This document shows, piece after piece, positions 61,686-64,000 of a stretch of 64,000 nucleotides of DNA (the stretch's first letter is position 1; every line of letters begins with the position of its first letter). The notes beneath the pieces are model-generated. The model worked only from the letters and a program-made list of their open reading frames with translations, was not told the origin of the DNA and did no database searches. The stretch comes from Cirrosporium novae-zelandiae. Taxonomy: Eukaryota. Location: contig JAPETS010000026.1 in assembly GCA_026023565.1 (NCBI GenBank), forward strand, positions 62,001 to 126,000. Reading direction: 5' to 3'. The translations under genes were made by a program, and so were the position numbers.

Positions 61686-62893
61686 ATGACCTCCCCCGTA
61701 CCTACACCCTCAGCAACTCCTCTCCCTGACGCCTCTTCTCTCAAGGCCTTTAAAAATGCTGCGGCCGGCCAGTATGCTTTTATCGTCCCTCTAAATCTTC
61801 ATTACTGATTCAACTCCACAGTGATGGTGTTCTTTCCGATTCTAGTGGCTCCCTCTTAATTAAACCATGCACCCCCGCCGAAATTGCGTTCTATGAATCT
61901 GCCGCCGCGCATCCAGATTTTGCAGCCCATATGCCTACATATATGGGAACACTCACATTGGGCAATGAGAATAACGTCTCCCCTGCTTCTATCGCAGATC
62001 CTAGCAGCACAACGTCCCTAAAGAATACCCTCATTCTGGATCCCAACGCCGGCCCTATACCCTCGTCTACCCCCTCCACGCTCTCCCTACCAACCCCTTC
62101 CGGCTCTGCTCCAGTCGCATGGACTCCATCGTCAGGAGCTAAAATCCATACCAACTCGTCTATTGTACTCTCAAACGCTGCATATGGGTTTCGGAAGCCA
62201 AATATACTTGACGTAAAACTCGGGGCACGGCTATGGGGTGATGATGCTCCTGTACCCAAAAGAGCAAGGCTAGATGAGGTGGCCGCAGAGACGACTAGCT
62301 TGCCTCTAGGATTCCGAATTGCAGGAATGAGGGTGTGGAACGGGGATAACGAGGAAGGCGAACAAGGAAAAAAGCCTCAAGTTTCTGAAGAAGACAAGGA
62401 TAAGAAAGGAAATATTGTAGTCGAACTTGACGATGGCTATAGGGTTTATAACAAATTCTATGGCCGTTCTTTCGCTCCCTTTGATGTCCGCTCTGGCTTT
62501 AGAGAATATCTTCGCATGAACGATGATATATCTAGCAAATACGGTCGCCCCTCCCGTCTCCTTGCGGGTCTCTTTGCAGCCCGTGTAAAAGAGATTCAGG
62601 AAACATTGGAGAAGGAAGAGAGTCGGATGTATTCTGCAAGTCTACTCTTCGTGTATGAGGGTGATAAAGAAGCCATGATACAGAAAATTGAGGATGAAGG
62701 CGATGTTAAAGAGAGAGACGAGAACATGGACTCTGATGAGGGAGAAGAGGCAGAAGCCCAGCAAAAATTTTACGACGTCAAACTCATTGATTTTGCGCAT
62801 GCGCAGTGGGTACCTAGCCAAGGCCCAGATGAGAATGCCCTGCACGGCATCAGATCTGTGAGATCAATCTTTGAAGAGTTGGCGGATTCGTAA
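61686..62893 (+). CDS. IPK2: Inositol polyphosphate multikinase (Ipk2/Arg82)
   Basis: AAAGH|DGVL spans one intron. It has the PxxxDxKxG motif PNILDVKLG, TTSLPLGFRIAG, SASLLFVYEGD and KLIDFAH. Confidence 0.9.
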
Positions 62894-64000
62894 CTAGTAC
62901 AAATTTCGAGTTTCCTGCAAGCTCTATCAAGTATCAATCTAAACGGCTATGATGGGAATGGGATAATGATGACGACTATATAGGTAGATGACTGGGCTGG
63001 CGCTATAAGATATTAGGTTACTGCTACTTTTCTCCTTCAGAATATCAACGAATATGAACTATTTCATGGCCCTGTTAGTCCCGCGGCTTAGAATCGTCCA
63101 ATAACTATCCTACTAAAGTATATCTATTAATCCCATATTCATACTAATTATAATTCCCAAACTAATTTTTTGCATGCGGAAAGGGACCTTACATGCACCA
63201 TCAGCATATTGCCGATTAGACATGACCATACAGCCATGAAGTTTCTCATCAATCTTGAACATCTCTACATTTGGTTATATTCTTGAGTAAACACTAGCTG
63301 AGCCATTTGGAGAGAATAGGGATATATGACATGAAGATAGATCAAGGAAAATGCTAGAAAGATTAAAGATTGAGCATTAATTATGAAATAAAAATCTGCC
63401 CCGATCAAGTGTGCCTGAAAAGGCTTTTAATTTTTTGACATATCTACTATTTTATTACTTATACTATAAATCTTAGACATATAATTTCAATATAATACAA
63501 ACTACAAATCATATTTAATTCTAAACCCCAAGTTTCATGATAGACTCCAAAAAAAGAGTTAAAATATTTTTCATATATATGAGACTACGAATTCCATAAT
63601 TTACTAAACAGCGACATGGTAAAGCGATGTCTTTGGCACCGTTGAGCTAAATCATTTCTTGATATGCAACACCACGTATCCGTAAACCACGCGATGAGTT
63701 TTTAATATCATCCTTCTTCATTTGGCTTCATTCCAATCCTATCCAAGCTCTAGTCTTTAGACATCATCGTTCTGTTCTCGCAGTCCCACTGTTGGTCTTG
63801 ATACTTAAACTGTGGATAAATGTTCAAGTAGAACAACAGCTGTTTAGGTACATGTACATCAACCGCAAAAGCCATCCAAGATTTTAGTCATCGAAGAAAG
63901 TCAGAGAAAGTAAAGCAAGAACGAATAAAGATCCCTTTCCTCAATTCTCTACATAATGCCCGCCAAACTCCCACCCCCTCAGCCTGTATACATCCTCCGT

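Noticed and set aside
63400..64000. Possible 3' end of a gene entering from the right edge
   Set aside because: No sustained open frame or recognisable peptide.

Overview
Gene-dense, intron-containing genomic DNA from a filamentous ascomycete (Pezizomycotina-type GTRAGT/CTAAC/YAG introns). It holds about 20 protein-coding loci, all identified by motif recognition without database searches. These are VPS11 (5' part), TYW2, a small secreted protein, SSP120, a PPR-like mitochondrial protein, mitoribosomal L23, peroxisomal Lon, an IAH1-like SGNH esterase, TAP42, Dicer-like 1, a C2H2 transcription factor, the YVC1 TRP channel, VPS15, an RCC1-family protein, an AtuA/DUF1446 protein, an SDR, a GPI cell-wall protein, a membrane-anchored pepsin-like protein, Arb1 and IPK2. 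Two structures are not explained by these genes. (1) A ~1.5 kb cassette in the TAP42/Dicer divergent intergenic region is bounded by inverted repeats that are themselves palindromes, and it carries a decayed DTGS-motif (retropepsin-like) gene rather than a transposase. (2) A ~1.26 kb non-coding element at 51.2-52.4 kb is rich in perfect hairpins and bounded by a 7-bp direct repeat. Also notable are two RNAi genes 35 kb apart, a head-to-head YVC1/VPS15 pair, and a splice anomaly at a zinc-ligand codon of the C2H2 factor. No tRNA, rRNA or CRISPR feature was found.
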